From: Gemmatimonadales bacterium | GTDB lineage: Bacteria > Gemmatimonadota > Gemmatimonadetes > Gemmatimonadales > GWC2-71-9 | Reading direction: 5' to 3' | NCBI GenBank assembly: GCA_037189525.1 | Contig: JBBCJC010000001.1 | Span: forward strand, 832,001 to 896,000 | DNA length: 64,000 bases | Shown: positions 38,797-48,886 of the stretch, piece by piece | How the letters are laid out: each line of letters opens with the position of its first letter | Numbering within the stretch: position 1 is the stretch's first letter | Notes under the pieces: model-generated | What the model was told of the DNA's origin: nothing | The model's database searches: none | Seen by the model: the letters and a program-made list of their open reading frames with translations, nothing else | Made by a program: the position numbers and the translations under genes

Positions 38797-39318
38797 TCAA
38801 ACGCCGCCGGTCCGTACGCCGCGCGCGGCTGCCATGACCGGCCCATTCAGAATCTGGAGCACGTCGTCCACGATGGTCGGGATCGGCCGCTCCTCCCCGA
38901 TGATCATGGGCGACCCCGGCGCATCCGTCAGCGGCTCGGCGCAGCAGGCGGCAGCAGGGGTAATCACCACCAGCCGCTCGACCCGGTCCGGATCCAGCAT
39001 GGCGTATCCGATGGCCGGCGCCGACATCGGGCCATCGGCCAGGACGGACACCCGGTCGAGGCCGAGCCCGTCGAGGAACGGCCCCAACCAGCCTGCGAAA
39101 TCTTCGGCGCCGGGGGTCACGTCGGGGGCGATCAGGCGGTAACGCTCGGCCACCGCTTCGATCACGGCATTCCAGAGCGGCAGCGGGTTCGCGGCCTGGG
39201 TCAGCAGGATCACCGGCCGGCCCGAGCCCGACCGGACGTATTCGGTAGCGGTCTTTCCCACGCGGACCACGGCGCGGAAGTTCCCGGTTCGGCTCACACT
39301 GTTGTCGTCGGTCATCAT
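38797..39318 (-). CDS. Short, degenerate alpha/beta-hydrolase-fold protein
   Basis: GGAG RBS before ATG 39318; GSGRPVILL, YRLIAPD, FLDGLGLDRV, PDRVERLV; no GxSxG. Confidence 0.65.
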   Translation of the reverse strand: MMTDDNSVSRTGNFRAVVRVGKTATEYVRSGSGRPVILLTQAANPLPLWNAVIEAVAERYRLIAPDVTPGAEDFAGWLGPFLDGLGLDRVSVLADGPMSAPAIGYAMLDPDRVERLVVITPAAACCAEPLTDAPGSPMIIGEERPIPTIVDDVLQILNGPVMAAARGVRTGGV

Positions 39319-39343
39319 ATGGTTCCAGCTCCCGTTCACAATC

Positions 39344-39376
39344 AGTCTACCCGGGCCCTCTTACCAGCCGCTTACC
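39344..39376 (-). promoter_or_regulatory. Direct-repeat promoter GGTAAG-N5-GGTAAG-N10-TAGACT
   Basis: + strand CTTACC at 39360 and 39371; -10 at 39344-39349; same geometry as 35693-35725. Confidence 0.7.
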
Positions 39377-39493
39377 GAATCAGCAAGTCGTTTCAAATCA
39401 ATGAGTTAGCTGTTCAGCACCCAGCTACTGGCGGGGTCGCCGCCCGACCACGGTGGCGTTGCGGCAACCATTCCAATACTCTTGAGGGATATT

Positions 39494-39708
39494 CGTGCTG
39501 GTCGCCGGCTCGGCGTGGTCTGAGCCGGCGTGAAAAGGGAACCCGGTGTGAATCCGGGGCGGCCCCGCCGCTGTGAGGAACGACGAACGGGACAAGTAGC
39601 CCACTGCGACAGCGTATCGTTGCGGGAAGGGTGTCCTCAGTAGGATGACTTCCGAGCCAGAAGACCTGCCAACGCGCTATTTCCTGTGTCGTCCCTCGGG
39701 GGAGGGAC
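39494..39708 (+). ncRNA. Cobalamin riboswitch (long form) upstream of metE
   Basis: AAAAGGGAA-CCCGGTGTGAATCCGGG-GCGGCCCCGCCGCTGT; GCCCACTG..GGGAAG; B12 box AGCCAGAAGACCTGCC; P13 hairpin 39691-39708 with loop complementary to L5 CCCC(G). Confidence 0.93.
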
Positions 39709-39763
39709 AGCGGGCTCCGCGCTCGACGCTCGTCTTCCGACGGTGTTGGGTCCGACCGGCATG

Positions 39764-39799
39764 GGCTTCCTGGATTCCGATCCGGAAGCCTTCGTGTTT
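39764..39799 (+). terminator. Putative terminator in the riboswitch expression platform
   Basis: GGCTTCC...GGAAGCC stem followed by TTCGTGTTT. Confidence 0.45.
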
Positions 39800-39862
39800 C
39801 CTGCCGGTGGCGCAGCTGCATTCTCCTCCGGGGTGACCATACCCAACCCGAGAGGACCTGTC

Positions 39863-42169
39863 ATGTCGTCGCACCCTGCTGTCTCCGCATCAAACCTGGG
39901 ATTTCCGCGCATCGGCGCCCGTCGCGAACTCAAACGGGCTTTGGAATCGTTCTGGGCCGGAAAAGCGGATGCGGCCAGCCTCCACGCCATTGCGAGCGAG
40001 TTGCGCGCCAAGCACTGGCGACTCCAGCACGATGCGGGCGTCACCCCCTCGTCGAACGATTTCTCGTTCTACGACCAGGTCCTCGACATGGTGATGATCA
40101 CGGGCGCGGTGCCCGACCGATACCGCGCGCTGGATGGTGACCCGCTCCGCCAGTACTTCGCCATGGCCCGCGGCGATCAGCGGGACGGCGTCGACCTGCC
40201 GGCGATGGAAATGACCAAGTGGTTCGACACCAACTACCACTACATCGTCCCGGAGTTCGATCAGAACACCTCGTTCCGTCTCGGCTCGGAAAAGCCGGTC
40301 GAGGAATACCTCGAGGCCAAGGCGCTGGGCATCGAGACCCGTCCCGTCCTGCTCGGACCGATCTCGTTTCTGACGCTCGGGAAAATGGCTGACGGCGGCT
40401 CGGCCCTTACGCTGCTCGACGGGTTGCTACCGATCTACGAAACGCTGCTGCGCAGGCTCGCAGCAGCGGGCGCTCGCTGGGTACAGATCGACGAACCCAT
40501 CCTGGTCCTCGACCTGTCCGAGGCTCATCGAGCCGCGTTCCGCACGGCGTACGATCGGCTCGCGAAAGTGGGTGACGCACCGCAGGCCGTGCTCACGACC
40601 TATTTCGGTGCGCTGGGCGACAATCTCGACCTGGCCACGTCGCTGCCCGTCGCCGGGCTGCATGTCGATCTGGTCCGCGCTCCGGAGCAACTGGACGCGG
40701 TCCTCGCCGCCCTGCCTGCCGACCGGGTCCTGTCGGCCGGTATCATCGACGGCCGTAACATCTGGCGCACCGACCTCGACACCGCGCTCGGCACACTGCG
40801 GACCATCGCGACCGCGCGCCCGAGATCGGGACTGATCGTGGCCCCGTCGTGTTCGCTGCTGCACAGCCCGGTCGGACTCGACACGGAAACAGCCCTCGAC
40901 GCCGAGTTGCGCAGCTGGCTTGCGTTTGCCACCGAAAAGCTCTCCGAAGTCGAGGCGTTGACACAAGCACTCGGTGCGGGTGGCGAAGCCGCCGCCTCGG
41001 CGTTCGCTTCCAGCTCCGCTGCTGTGATCAGCCGACGAGCCTCGACCCGGATCCATCGAGCCGAAGTCGACGCCCGGCTCGATGCAATCACGGCCGAGTC
41101 GACCCGTCGCCAGAGCCCGTATCCGACCCGACGGTCGGCGCAGCGCTCCATCGGACTCCCGACCTTTCCGACCACCACGATCGGCTCGTTTCCTCAGACC
41201 GCTGCGGTCCGCAACGCGCGGGCAGACCACAAGAAGGGCACGCTCGATACGGATGCCTATGACCGTTTTCTGCGAGACGAAATCGAACGAACCGTCCGGA
41301 TCCAGGAGACGATTGGCCTCGACGTGCTGGTGCACGGGGAGTTCGAGCGCAACGACATGGTGGAGTACTTCGGCGAGCGGCTCGATGGCTTTGCCTTTAC
41401 CGCCAACGGATGGGTGCAGAGTTACGGGTCACGGTGTGTCAAACCACCGATCATCTATGGCGACGTGGTCCGTCCGGCTCCGATGACGGTCAGCTGGTCG
41501 CGGTTTGCGCAAAGCCTCACCGACCGACCGATGAAGGGTATGTTGACCGGACCAGTCACCATCCTGCAGTGGTCATTCGTCCGAGACGACCAGCCGCGCG
41601 ACGTGACCTGCCGGCAGATTGCCCTGGCCATCCGGGACGAGGTGGTCGATCTCGAGGCGGCCGGCCTCCGGGTCATCCAGATCGATGAGCCTGCCATCCG
41701 AGAGGGACTCCCGCTCCGGAAAGCCGACTGGGCGCAGTACCTCGCCTGGGCCGTCGATGCCTTTCGCATCGCGTCGTCGGGGGTGCGGGACGAGACCCAG
41801 ATCCACACCCATATGTGCTACTCGGAGTTCAACGATATCGTCGACGCCGTTGCCTCGATGGATGCCGACGTCGTGTCGATCGAAACCTCACGATCGAAGA
41901 TGGAACTCCTGGACGCCTTTGCCAGGTTTGCCTATCCCAACGAAATTGGGCCTGGCGTCTACGACATCCATTCGCCTCGGGTGCCGCCGGAGGCCGAGAT
42001 GGTTACTCTGCTTCGACGGGCAGCGGAGGTCATTCCCGCCGACCGGCTGTGGGTCAACCCCGACTGCGGACTCAAGACGCGCGGGTGGCCGGAAGTTGAA
42101 CGAGCGCTGACTGCGATGGTGGCCGCGGCGCGAACCCTGCGAGCGGAGCAAGCGGCGGCCAGTAACTAG
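39863..42169 (+). CDS. metE: Cobalamin-independent methionine synthase
   Basis: [66 protein letters not shown] before ATG 39863. Confidence 0.97.
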   Translation: MSSHPAVSASNLGFPRIGARRELKRALESFWAGKADAASLHAIASELRAKHWRLQHDAGVTPSSNDFSFYDQVLDMVMITGAVPDRYRALDGDPLRQYFAMARGDQRDGVDLPAMEMTKWFDTNYHYIVPEFDQNTSFRLGSEKPVEEYLEAKALGIETRPVLLGPISFLTLGKMADGGSALTLLDGLLPIYETLLRRLAAAGARWVQIDEPILVLDLSEAHRAAFRTAYDRLAKVGDAPQAVLTTYFGALGDNLDLATSLPVAGLHVDLVRAPEQLDAVLAALPADRVLSAGIIDGRNIWRTDLDTALGTLRTIATARPRSGLIVAPSCSLLHSPVGLDTETALDAELRSWLAFATEKLSEVEALTQALGAGGEAAASAFASSSAAVISRRASTRIHRAEVDARLDAITAESTRRQSPYPTRRSAQRSIGLPTFPTTTIGSFPQTAAVRNARADHKKGTLDTDAYDRFLRDEIERTVRIQETIGLDVLVHGEFERNDMVEYFGERLDGFAFTANGWVQSYGSRCVKPPIIYGDVVRPAPMTVSWSRFAQSLTDRPMKGMLTGPVTILQWSFVRDDQPRDVTCRQIALAIRDEVVDLEAAGLRVIQIDEPAIREGLPLRKADWAQYLAWAVDAFRIASSGVRDETQIHTHMCYSEFNDIVDAVASMDADVVSIETSRSKMELLDAFARFAYPNEIGPGVYDIHSPRVPPEAEMVTLLRRAAEVIPADRLWVNPDCGLKTRGWPEVERALTAMVAAARTLRAEQAAASN

Positions 42170-42178
42170 GGCGCCGCG

Positions 42179-42442
42179 ATGTCATCCGGACGGGTCGGCG
42201 TCGAATATTCTCAGGAGGTTGCTACGAACACGTCGTCGATCGACCCGTCCCGGTGCCCGCTCTGCGCGGACGACAACGGCTGCGCCATGGCCGGCAGCGA
42301 CCCGACCGATCCATGCTGGTGCACCAGCGCCAGCATTCCGCCAAGCCTGCTGGCGCTGGTACCGCCCGAGTTGCAATCGAAGGCGTGTATCTGCAAGACG
42401 TGCGTCGAGGCGCATCTGCCCAGTGGGGATGCGCCTCGATGA
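42179..42442 (+). CDS. Cysteine-rich CWC-family protein
   Basis: CPLC...N.C...CWC...ACICKTC. Confidence 0.8.
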   Translation: MSSGRVGVEYSQEVATNTSSIDPSRCPLCADDNGCAMAGSDPTDPCWCTSASIPPSLLALVPPELQSKACICKTCVEAHLPSGDAPR

Positions 42443-42460
42443 ATTGCCGCCAAGACGGCA

Positions 42461-43354
42461 TCAGCCCATCAGCTGGATGATACTCGAGAAGTCGAGGGTG
42501 CCGGAGCCCGCTCGGCTGTGGACGGCGTACAAGTTGCGCGCCAGCGCGCCAAGCGGCGTCGCGGCATGGGAGGCCCGAGCGGCCTCCTCGGCCAGATCGA
42601 GATCTTTCAGCATCAGATCGGTACCGAACCCGCCGCTATAGCCACGCGACGCCGGCACATTCTCCATCACGCCGGGCAACGGATTGTAGACCTCCAACGC
42701 CCAATTCCGTCCGGAACTCTTGGCCATGATCTCGGACAGCACCTTGGGATCGAGTCCGTTAGCCACGCCGAGTGCCAGTGCCTCCGAGGTACCGATCATC
42801 AGAATGGCCAGCAGCATGTTGTTGCACAGCTTGGCCGTTTGCCCGGAACCCGCGCTGCCGGCGTGGAATACATTCTTACCCATCGCCTGAAAGACGGGCC
42901 TGGCGCGTTCGAGGGCCGCTTCGTTGCCGCCCACGATGAAGGTGAGTGTTCCGGCCGCCGCTCCCCCCGTGCCGCCGGACACCGGCGCATCGAGGAACGC
43001 GGTCCCTTTTCGCTCGGCCGCGAGCCCGACCGTGCGCGCGCTGGCCGGCGCAATCGTGCTGCAATCGAGCAGCAGCACTCGGGCATCGAGCGTTGCGATC
43101 AACCCGGAAGACTCCCCGTCACCCAGATATAGGGATTCGACATGGCGACTGGCCGGCAACATCGAGATAACGACCTCCGCTCCCTCCACCGCAGCCGTCA
43201 GACTATCGGCCAAGGGAACACCGAGTTCCGTCGCGAGTCGGCGCGCATCATCGGAGAGGTCGAAGCCGGACACATGATATCCGGTCTTGACGAGGTTTGC
43301 GGCCATGGGTCGGCCCATGTTCCCCAGCCCGATGAAGGCAATGCGTTGTGACAT
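42461..43354 (-). CDS. mmsB: 3-hydroxyisobutyrate dehydrogenase
   Basis: FIGLGNMG, DAPVSGG, KLCNNMLL, LMLKDL. Confidence 0.93.
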   Translation of the reverse strand: MSQRIAFIGLGNMGRPMAANLVKTGYHVSGFDLSDDARRLATELGVPLADSLTAAVEGAEVVISMLPASRHVESLYLGDGESSGLIATLDARVLLLDCSTIAPASARTVGLAAERKGTAFLDAPVSGGTGGAAAGTLTFIVGGNEAALERARPVFQAMGKNVFHAGSAGSGQTAKLCNNMLLAILMIGTSEALALGVANGLDPKVLSEIMAKSSGRNWALEVYNPLPGVMENVPASRGYSGGFGTDLMLKDLDLAEEAARASHAATPLGALARNLYAVHSRAGSGTLDFSSIIQLMG

Positions 43355-43372
43355 GAGAAGCTCCTCGATCGC

Positions 43373-44485
43373 TTACGCCAGGTCCGCCAGCGGATGCGCC
43401 CCGGTATAGCGCATCACGAAGTGCTCATCGATCCACGCCGGAGTGACCTCCTCGAGCGTCGCCGGCGTCCACGACGGTTTCCGGTCGCGATCGATCAGCA
43501 GCGCGCGAATGCCCTCGGCGAAGTCGGGGTGGGCGGCACACCCAAGGGACACGTCATATTCGAGTCGGAACACATCGCCTAACGACAGGTACGTCACCCG
43601 ACGGCGCAGTTCATACGCCAATGCCGCGGAGGTCGGTGATCCCCGGCGAAAGGCGGTCACGGCGCCGGCCAACCATGGATCGGCGTCTGCGGCCTGCTGT
43701 AGACGGGAGACAATCTCAGCCAGCGTATCGTCGATACCAACGATCTCGTTGATCTGATCGAAATGGGTCCGAAGTGCGGACTCTGGTACGGTGGCGGCAC
43801 GGTACCGCGTCAGGATAGCCGACAGAGCGCTTCGATCCGTGGCGGCGTGGCCTGACCAGCGGGCAGCCTCAATGGCCGATAGAACCTCGGCCCGCGCCGC
43901 ATCGGGGACGACCACGTCCGCCAGCCCCGCAAAGAGCGCATCCGCGGCATTCAGGGGCACCCCGGTCAGCGCCAGGAACAGGCCGATCCCGCCCGGCATC
44001 CTCCGCAGGAACCAGCTGCCCCCGACATCGGGGTACAGCCCGACCGAAATCTCCGGCATCGCGAGCCGGGTCGCTTCGGTGGCTACCCGATGCGACGCGC
44101 CGGCCATGAGACCGATCCCGCCCCCCATTACGATGCCATGCCCCCAGCACAGGAAGGGCTTGGGATAGGTGTGAATCCGGTAGTCGAGGCGATACTCTCG
44201 GGCAAAGAAATCTTCCGCGTAGGCATTCCGACCACTGCCCGCCTGGCGCATCGAATGGTAGAGCTCATGGAGGTCACCTCCGGCGCAGAGAGCTTTCGCG
44301 CCTGCTCCCTGCAGGATCACTCCGACGACGGATGGGTTACGCGCCCACCGCTCGAGCGCGGGGTCGATCAGACGGATCATCGCGAGCGACAGCGCGTTGA
44401 GCGTCGCCTCGCTGTTCAGTGTGACCAAGCCGAAGCGATGGCCTGAGGCGGTCTCGAGCTCATCGACCAGAACGACGTCCGCCAT
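43373..44485 (-). CDS. 3-hydroxyisobutyryl-CoA hydrolase-like (crotonase superfamily)
   Basis: ALCAGGD, FFAREYRLDY, GIVMGGG, AMPE..GLYPDVG, DFAEGIRALLID; start ATG 44485. Confidence 0.9.
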   Translation of the reverse strand: MADVVLVDELETASGHRFGLVTLNSEATLNALSLAMIRLIDPALERWARNPSVVGVILQGAGAKALCAGGDLHELYHSMRQAGSGRNAYAEDFFAREYRLDYRIHTYPKPFLCWGHGIVMGGGIGLMAGASHRVATEATRLAMPEISVGLYPDVGGSWFLRRMPGGIGLFLALTGVPLNAADALFAGLADVVVPDAARAEVLSAIEAARWSGHAATDRSALSAILTRYRAATVPESALRTHFDQINEIVGIDDTLAEIVSRLQQAADADPWLAGAVTAFRRGSPTSAALAYELRRRVTYLSLGDVFRLEYDVSLGCAAHPDFAEGIRALLIDRDRKPSWTPATLEEVTPAWIDEHFVMRYTGAHPLADLA

Positions 44486-44486
44486 A

Positions 44487-45275
44487 TCAGCGATTCTTCC
44501 ATTCGGGCTTGCGCTTGGCGAGGAACGCGCCAACGCCCTCCTGCTGATCCTCGGTATCGAAGAGGTCGACGAACGCCTCGCGCTCACTTGGTAAGTTGTG
44601 CCGCGGCGGCAGTCCGCGCGCGCCTTGAATCAGCTGCTTACAGGCCGCAACGCTGCTCGGGCTCTGCCCCGCAACACCTTCCGCCAGCGCCAGCGCGCGC
44701 GAAACCGACTCGCCGCGGGGCACCACCTCCTCGACCAGCCCGATGTCGAGCGCCTTCGATGCCGGCACCTTCTCTCCGGCCAGGATCATCCGTTTGGCCC
44801 ACCCTTCCCCGACGAGCCAGGGCAGCCATTGCGTTCCGCCGGCACACGGCAGAAGCCCGACGCCAGCTTCGGGCAACGCCACCACGGCATGCTCTTCCGC
44901 GATCCGGATGTCGCAGGCAAGAGCGCACTCGAGGCCGCCACCCATCGCATAGCCGTTGATCGCGGCGATCGAGACGCCACGGAACCCTGCCAGCGCTTCG
45001 AACGCCTCACCAAAGCGACGCGCCATGGCGCGTGCGATCGCCTTATCACCCGAGGCAAACAGCTTGAGATCGGCGCCGGCCGAGAAGAATTTTTCGCCCT
45101 GGCCAGTCAGGATCAGTGAGTACACCGCGCGGTTCGCATTCAGGTCAGCGACCAGCGCCGTCAGGGCTCGAAGACTGTCTTCGGTCCAGGTATTGGCCGG
45201 TGGGTTGGCCAAGTGTACCAGGGCGGTATGTCCCCGCAATTCCAGCTGCAGGCCATGGTAGGTCGGGTTGCTCAT
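44487..45275 (-). CDS. Enoyl-CoA hydratase
   Basis: FSAGADL, GYAMGGGLECALACDIR, LPEAGVGL (both catalytic Glu present). Confidence 0.92.
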   Translation of the reverse strand: MSNPTYHGLQLELRGHTALVHLANPPANTWTEDSLRALTALVADLNANRAVYSLILTGQGEKFFSAGADLKLFASGDKAIARAMARRFGEAFEALAGFRGVSIAAINGYAMGGGLECALACDIRIAEEHAVVALPEAGVGLLPCAGGTQWLPWLVGEGWAKRMILAGEKVPASKALDIGLVEEVVPRGESVSRALALAEGVAGQSPSSVAACKQLIQGARGLPPRHNLPSEREAFVDLFDTEDQQEGVGAFLAKRKPEWKNR

Positions 45276-46432
45276 CGAATAGCCTCGATCGCTTCGGGTT
45301 CCAGCATTTTTCGGGAGACGATCACGCGCATGATTTCGTTGGTACCTTCGAGGATCTGATGGACGCGCGCGTCGCGCAGGTACCGCTCGAGCGGGTACTC
45401 CTTGGTGTAGCCGTACCCCCCGAACAGCTGGAGCGCCTCGTTACAGACTCGGAAACCGATGTCCGTGGCGTGCTGCTTGGCCATGGCGCAGTAGGTGGTG
45501 GCGTTACTCTCGCCCGCATCCAGCTTGCTCGCAGCGAGACGGACCATTTGCCGCGCAGACACCAGCTCGGTCGCCATATCGGCCAGCTTGAACTGCAGGG
45601 CTTGGAAATCAGCCAGGCGACGCCCGAACTGACGCCGCTCGAGCATGTAGCGCTGGGCGGCATTGAGCGCACCTTGCGCCGCACCGACCGAGCAGGTGGC
45701 AATGTTGATGCGGCCCCCGTCCAACCCCTTCATCGCAATCCTGAATCCTTCGCCTTCGGCGCCGAGCCGATACGCGGCCGGCACGCGAACGTTGTCAAAG
45801 GAGATCCCGCGAGTCGGCTGACTGTTCCAACCCATCTTTTCTTCCTTACGACCGAAGATGACACCGGCCGCGTCCGCCGGGACCAGGAAGGCCGTGATGC
45901 CCTTCGGCCCGTCAACGCCGGTCCTCGCCATCACGACCAGCGCATCGGTCACACCGCCTCCCGACACGAACGCCTTCGATCCGGACAGGACATAGTCGTC
46001 CCCATCCTGAACGGCGGTCGTCAATAGCGAGGCGGCGTCGGAGCCCGATCCCGGCTCGGTCAGGCAGTATGACGCCAGCTTCTCACCGCTGCTCAAGGCC
46101 GGGAACCATTCCGATGCGACCCGCTCGCCACCCCAGGTGCCGATCATCCAGGTCGACATGTTGTGGATCGTGATATACGCCGTGGTCGACGGGCAGGCCG
46201 CGGCCAGTTCCTCGAAGATGATCGCCGCGTCGAGCCGAGTCAGACCCATGCCGCCGAGCGCCTCGCTGATGTAGAGGCCGCAGATGCCCAGTTCGCCGGC
46301 GGCGCGGATCACCTCGCGCGGGAAGATCTCCTTCGCATCCCATTCCGCCGCATGAGGCGCGAGTTGCTCGGCCGCAAACTGACGCGCCATGTCCTGAAAG
46401 GCCCGCTGGTCCTCCGACAATTCGAAGTTCAT
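45272..46432 (-). CDS. Acyl-CoA dehydrogenase (isobutyryl-CoA dehydrogenase-like)
   Basis: YCLTEPGSGSDA, KMGWNSQPT, GLDGGRINIA, HQILEGTNEIMR. Confidence 0.92.
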   Translation of the reverse strand: MNFELSEDQRAFQDMARQFAAEQLAPHAAEWDAKEIFPREVIRAAGELGICGLYISEALGGMGLTRLDAAIIFEELAAACPSTTAYITIHNMSTWMIGTWGGERVASEWFPALSSGEKLASYCLTEPGSGSDAASLLTTAVQDGDDYVLSGSKAFVSGGGVTDALVVMARTGVDGPKGITAFLVPADAAGVIFGRKEEKMGWNSQPTRGISFDNVRVPAAYRLGAEGEGFRIAMKGLDGGRINIATCSVGAAQGALNAAQRYMLERRQFGRRLADFQALQFKLADMATELVSARQMVRLAASKLDAGESNATTYCAMAKQHATDIGFRVCNEALQLFGGYGYTKEYPLERYLRDARVHQILEGTNEIMRVIVSRKMLEPEAIEAIR

Positions 46433-46440
46433 CGGGATAC

Positions 46441-47967
46441 CTACCGGAGGCTAATCGTGCTGTTGATCGGCGCAGCAACTGACTCCGATTCGAACCAGCG
46501 CGCCGTCACAGTCTTGGTCTGGGTATAGAAAAGGACCACCTGACGCCCGTAGGGGCCGAGATCGCCCAGCTTGGATGCGCGGGAGCCTGTAAACGAGAAC
46601 AACGGCACCGGCACGGGAATCGGCACGTTGATGCCGACCTGGCCGACATCGATTTCTTCCTGGAAGGTGCGCGCCGCAGCGCCCGACGACGTAAAAAGCC
46701 CGGTCCCGTTGCCGTTCGGATTCCGGTTGACGAGTTCGATCGCATCCCGAAGCGTGTCGGCCGTCATGAGACACAGCACAGGGCCGAAGATCTCCTCATC
46801 GTAGATCGTCATACCCGGCTGGACACCGGAGAAGATGGTCGGACCAACGAAGTTGCCTTGTTCAAAGCCGGGAACCGTTACATCGCGACCATCGAGTTCG
46901 AGGACGGCTCCTTCGGTGGCCCCCTTTTCGATCAGAGTCCGAACCCGGTCACGCGCCGCGCAGGAAATGACCGGACCGACATCGGTGCCTGCTTCCGTAC
47001 CGGCATTGACCTTGAGCGTCTTGGCTTTGGCGACGATATCCGAAATCCAGGTTCGCGCCTCACCGACCAGCACGACCACCGAAGCGGCCATACAACGCTG
47101 CCCCGCTGCACCGAATCCGGCACCGACGATAGCGTTGAGCGTCTGCTCCTTGGGCGCATCCGGAAGCACCACGACGTGATTCTTGGCGCCCATCATGCAC
47201 TGGACCCGTTTGCCGCTCTGTGAGGCGCGATGATAGACGTGAGTCCCCACTTTGGTCGAGCCGACGAACGAGACGGCCTTGATATCGGGGTGATCACAGA
47301 TGGCGTTGACCACATCGGCAGCGCCATGGACCACGTTGAGGACGCCTTTCGGCACCCCGGCTTCGAGGGCCAGCTCCACCAGGCGCATCGTCACCATCGG
47401 ATCCTGCTCCGACGGCTTCAACACAAAGGTGTTGCCGGTCGCGATGGCCATCGGGAACATCCAGAGCGGAATCATGGCCGGAAAGTTGAAGGGCGTGATC
47501 CCGGCGCAGACGCCTAACGGCTGCAGGATGGTATAGGTATCGACCCCGCCCGCAACGTTGGTAGCCAGTTCGCCCATCTGCAGATAGCCGATGTTGGCGG
47601 CATGCTCCACTACCTCGAGCCCACGGAACACGTCCCCTTCGGCGTCGGACAGCGTCTTACCCTGTTCGGCCGTGAGCAGCGCAGCCAGTTCCTGCTGATG
47701 CGCCCGAATCAGCTGCTGATATTTGAGAAAGATTCGCGCCCGGGCGCCGATCGGGGTCCGCCGCCAGGTGACGAACGCGGCTTTGGCCGCTGCCACCGCG
47801 GCATCGACCTCCTGCGGGGTGGCCATCGGCACACGAGCCAGGACTTCCTGTGTGGCCGGGTTGACGACATCACGCCACTTCGTCGTCTTCGAATCGACGA
47901 AGGCTCCATCGATCAGCAACTTGACGGACACGACACTCTCGACGGCGGAGCGCGGTTGAACGGGCAT
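46441..47967 (-). CDS. mmsA: CoA-acylating (methyl)malonate-semialdehyde dehydrogenase
   Basis: [54 protein letters not shown] before ATG 47967 (alternative start 48003). Confidence 0.94.
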   Translation of the reverse strand: MPVQPRSAVESVVSVKLLIDGAFVDSKTTKWRDVVNPATQEVLARVPMATPQEVDAAVAAAKAAFVTWRRTPIGARARIFLKYQQLIRAHQQELAALLTAEQGKTLSDAEGDVFRGLEVVEHAANIGYLQMGELATNVAGGVDTYTILQPLGVCAGITPFNFPAMIPLWMFPMAIATGNTFVLKPSEQDPMVTMRLVELALEAGVPKGVLNVVHGAADVVNAICDHPDIKAVSFVGSTKVGTHVYHRASQSGKRVQCMMGAKNHVVVLPDAPKEQTLNAIVGAGFGAAGQRCMAASVVVLVGEARTWISDIVAKAKTLKVNAGTEAGTDVGPVISCAARDRVRTLIEKGATEGAVLELDGRDVTVPGFEQGNFVGPTIFSGVQPGMTIYDEEIFGPVLCLMTADTLRDAIELVNRNPNGNGTGLFTSSGAAARTFQEEIDVGQVGINVPIPVPVPLFSFTGSRASKLGDLGPYGRQVVLFYTQTKTVTARWFESESVAAPINSTISLR

Positions 47968-47999
47968 ATCGGTCTCCTTCGACCTGGAGGAGCGCGCCG

Positions 48000-48884
48000 T
48001 CATGACGACGCACCGAAAAGAGCATCGAGCTTTCGCTCGTAGCTGTGGTAATCGATCCGATCGTACAATTCCTCGCGGGTCTGCATCAGAGTGACGACCG
48101 ATCGTTGCGAGCCCTCGCGTCGAATCGCCTCGTATACCTGCTCCGCTGCCCGGTTGGCGGCGCGAAACGCCGAGAGCGGATACAGGACGATGCCGACCCC
48201 GGCGTCGGTGAGTTCCGATAATGTGAAGAGCGGGGTGCTGCCAAACTCCGTAATATTGGCCAGTACAGGCACCGGCAACGCCGCGGCGAATCGCCGATAC
48301 TCGTCGAGGGTGCGTACCGCTTCGGGAAAAATGAAATCTGCGCCCGCAGCTGCGTATGCTGCGGCGCGATCGACCGTGGCATCCAGCCCCTCGGTCGCCA
48401 ACGCGTCGGTACGAGCAGCCACGACGAACGCCGGATCGGTTCTGGCATCGACTGCGGCCTTGATCCGATCGACCATTTCATCTCGCGGTACGATCGACTT
48501 GTTGGGGCGGTGACCGCATCGCTTGGCACCGGCCTGATCCTCCAGATGCACGCCGGCGGCACCTGCCCGCGTCAGATCCCGAACCGTGCGAGCGACATTG
48601 AAGGCCGATGGACCGAACCCGGTGTCGCCATCGACGAGGAGCGGCAGATCGCAAACCCCGGTAATCCGCCGCACGTCGACCAGCACATCCTCCAACGAGG
48701 AGATGCCCAGATCGGGAAGGCCGAGCGAGCCGGCTGCGACCCCGCCACCGGACAGATAGACCGCGCGAAATCCCGCGCGCTTGACCAGCAGCGCATGATT
48801 GGCGTTGATCGCGCCGACCAGTTGAAGCGGGTGCTCACTCTTGAGCGCTTGTCGAAACCGTTGTCCGGCAGAAGTCGATGCCAT
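48000..48884 (-). CDS. prpB: Methylisocitrate lyase
   Basis: [27 protein letters not shown]. Confidence 0.95.
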   Translation of the reverse strand: MASTSAGQRFRQALKSEHPLQLVGAINANHALLVKRAGFRAVYLSGGGVAAGSLGLPDLGISSLEDVLVDVRRITGVCDLPLLVDGDTGFGPSAFNVARTVRDLTRAGAAGVHLEDQAGAKRCGHRPNKSIVPRDEMVDRIKAAVDARTDPAFVVAARTDALATEGLDATVDRAAAYAAAGADFIFPEAVRTLDEYRRFAAALPVPVLANITEFGSTPLFTLSELTDAGVGIVLYPLSAFRAANRAAEQVYEAIRREGSQRSVVTLMQTREELYDRIDYHSYERKLDALFGASS

Positions 48885-48886
48885 GA

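Noticed and set aside
39686..39862. N-terminal extension of MetE in the ORF track
   Set aside because: It overlaps the riboswitch expression platform; the RBS and the family start are at 39863.
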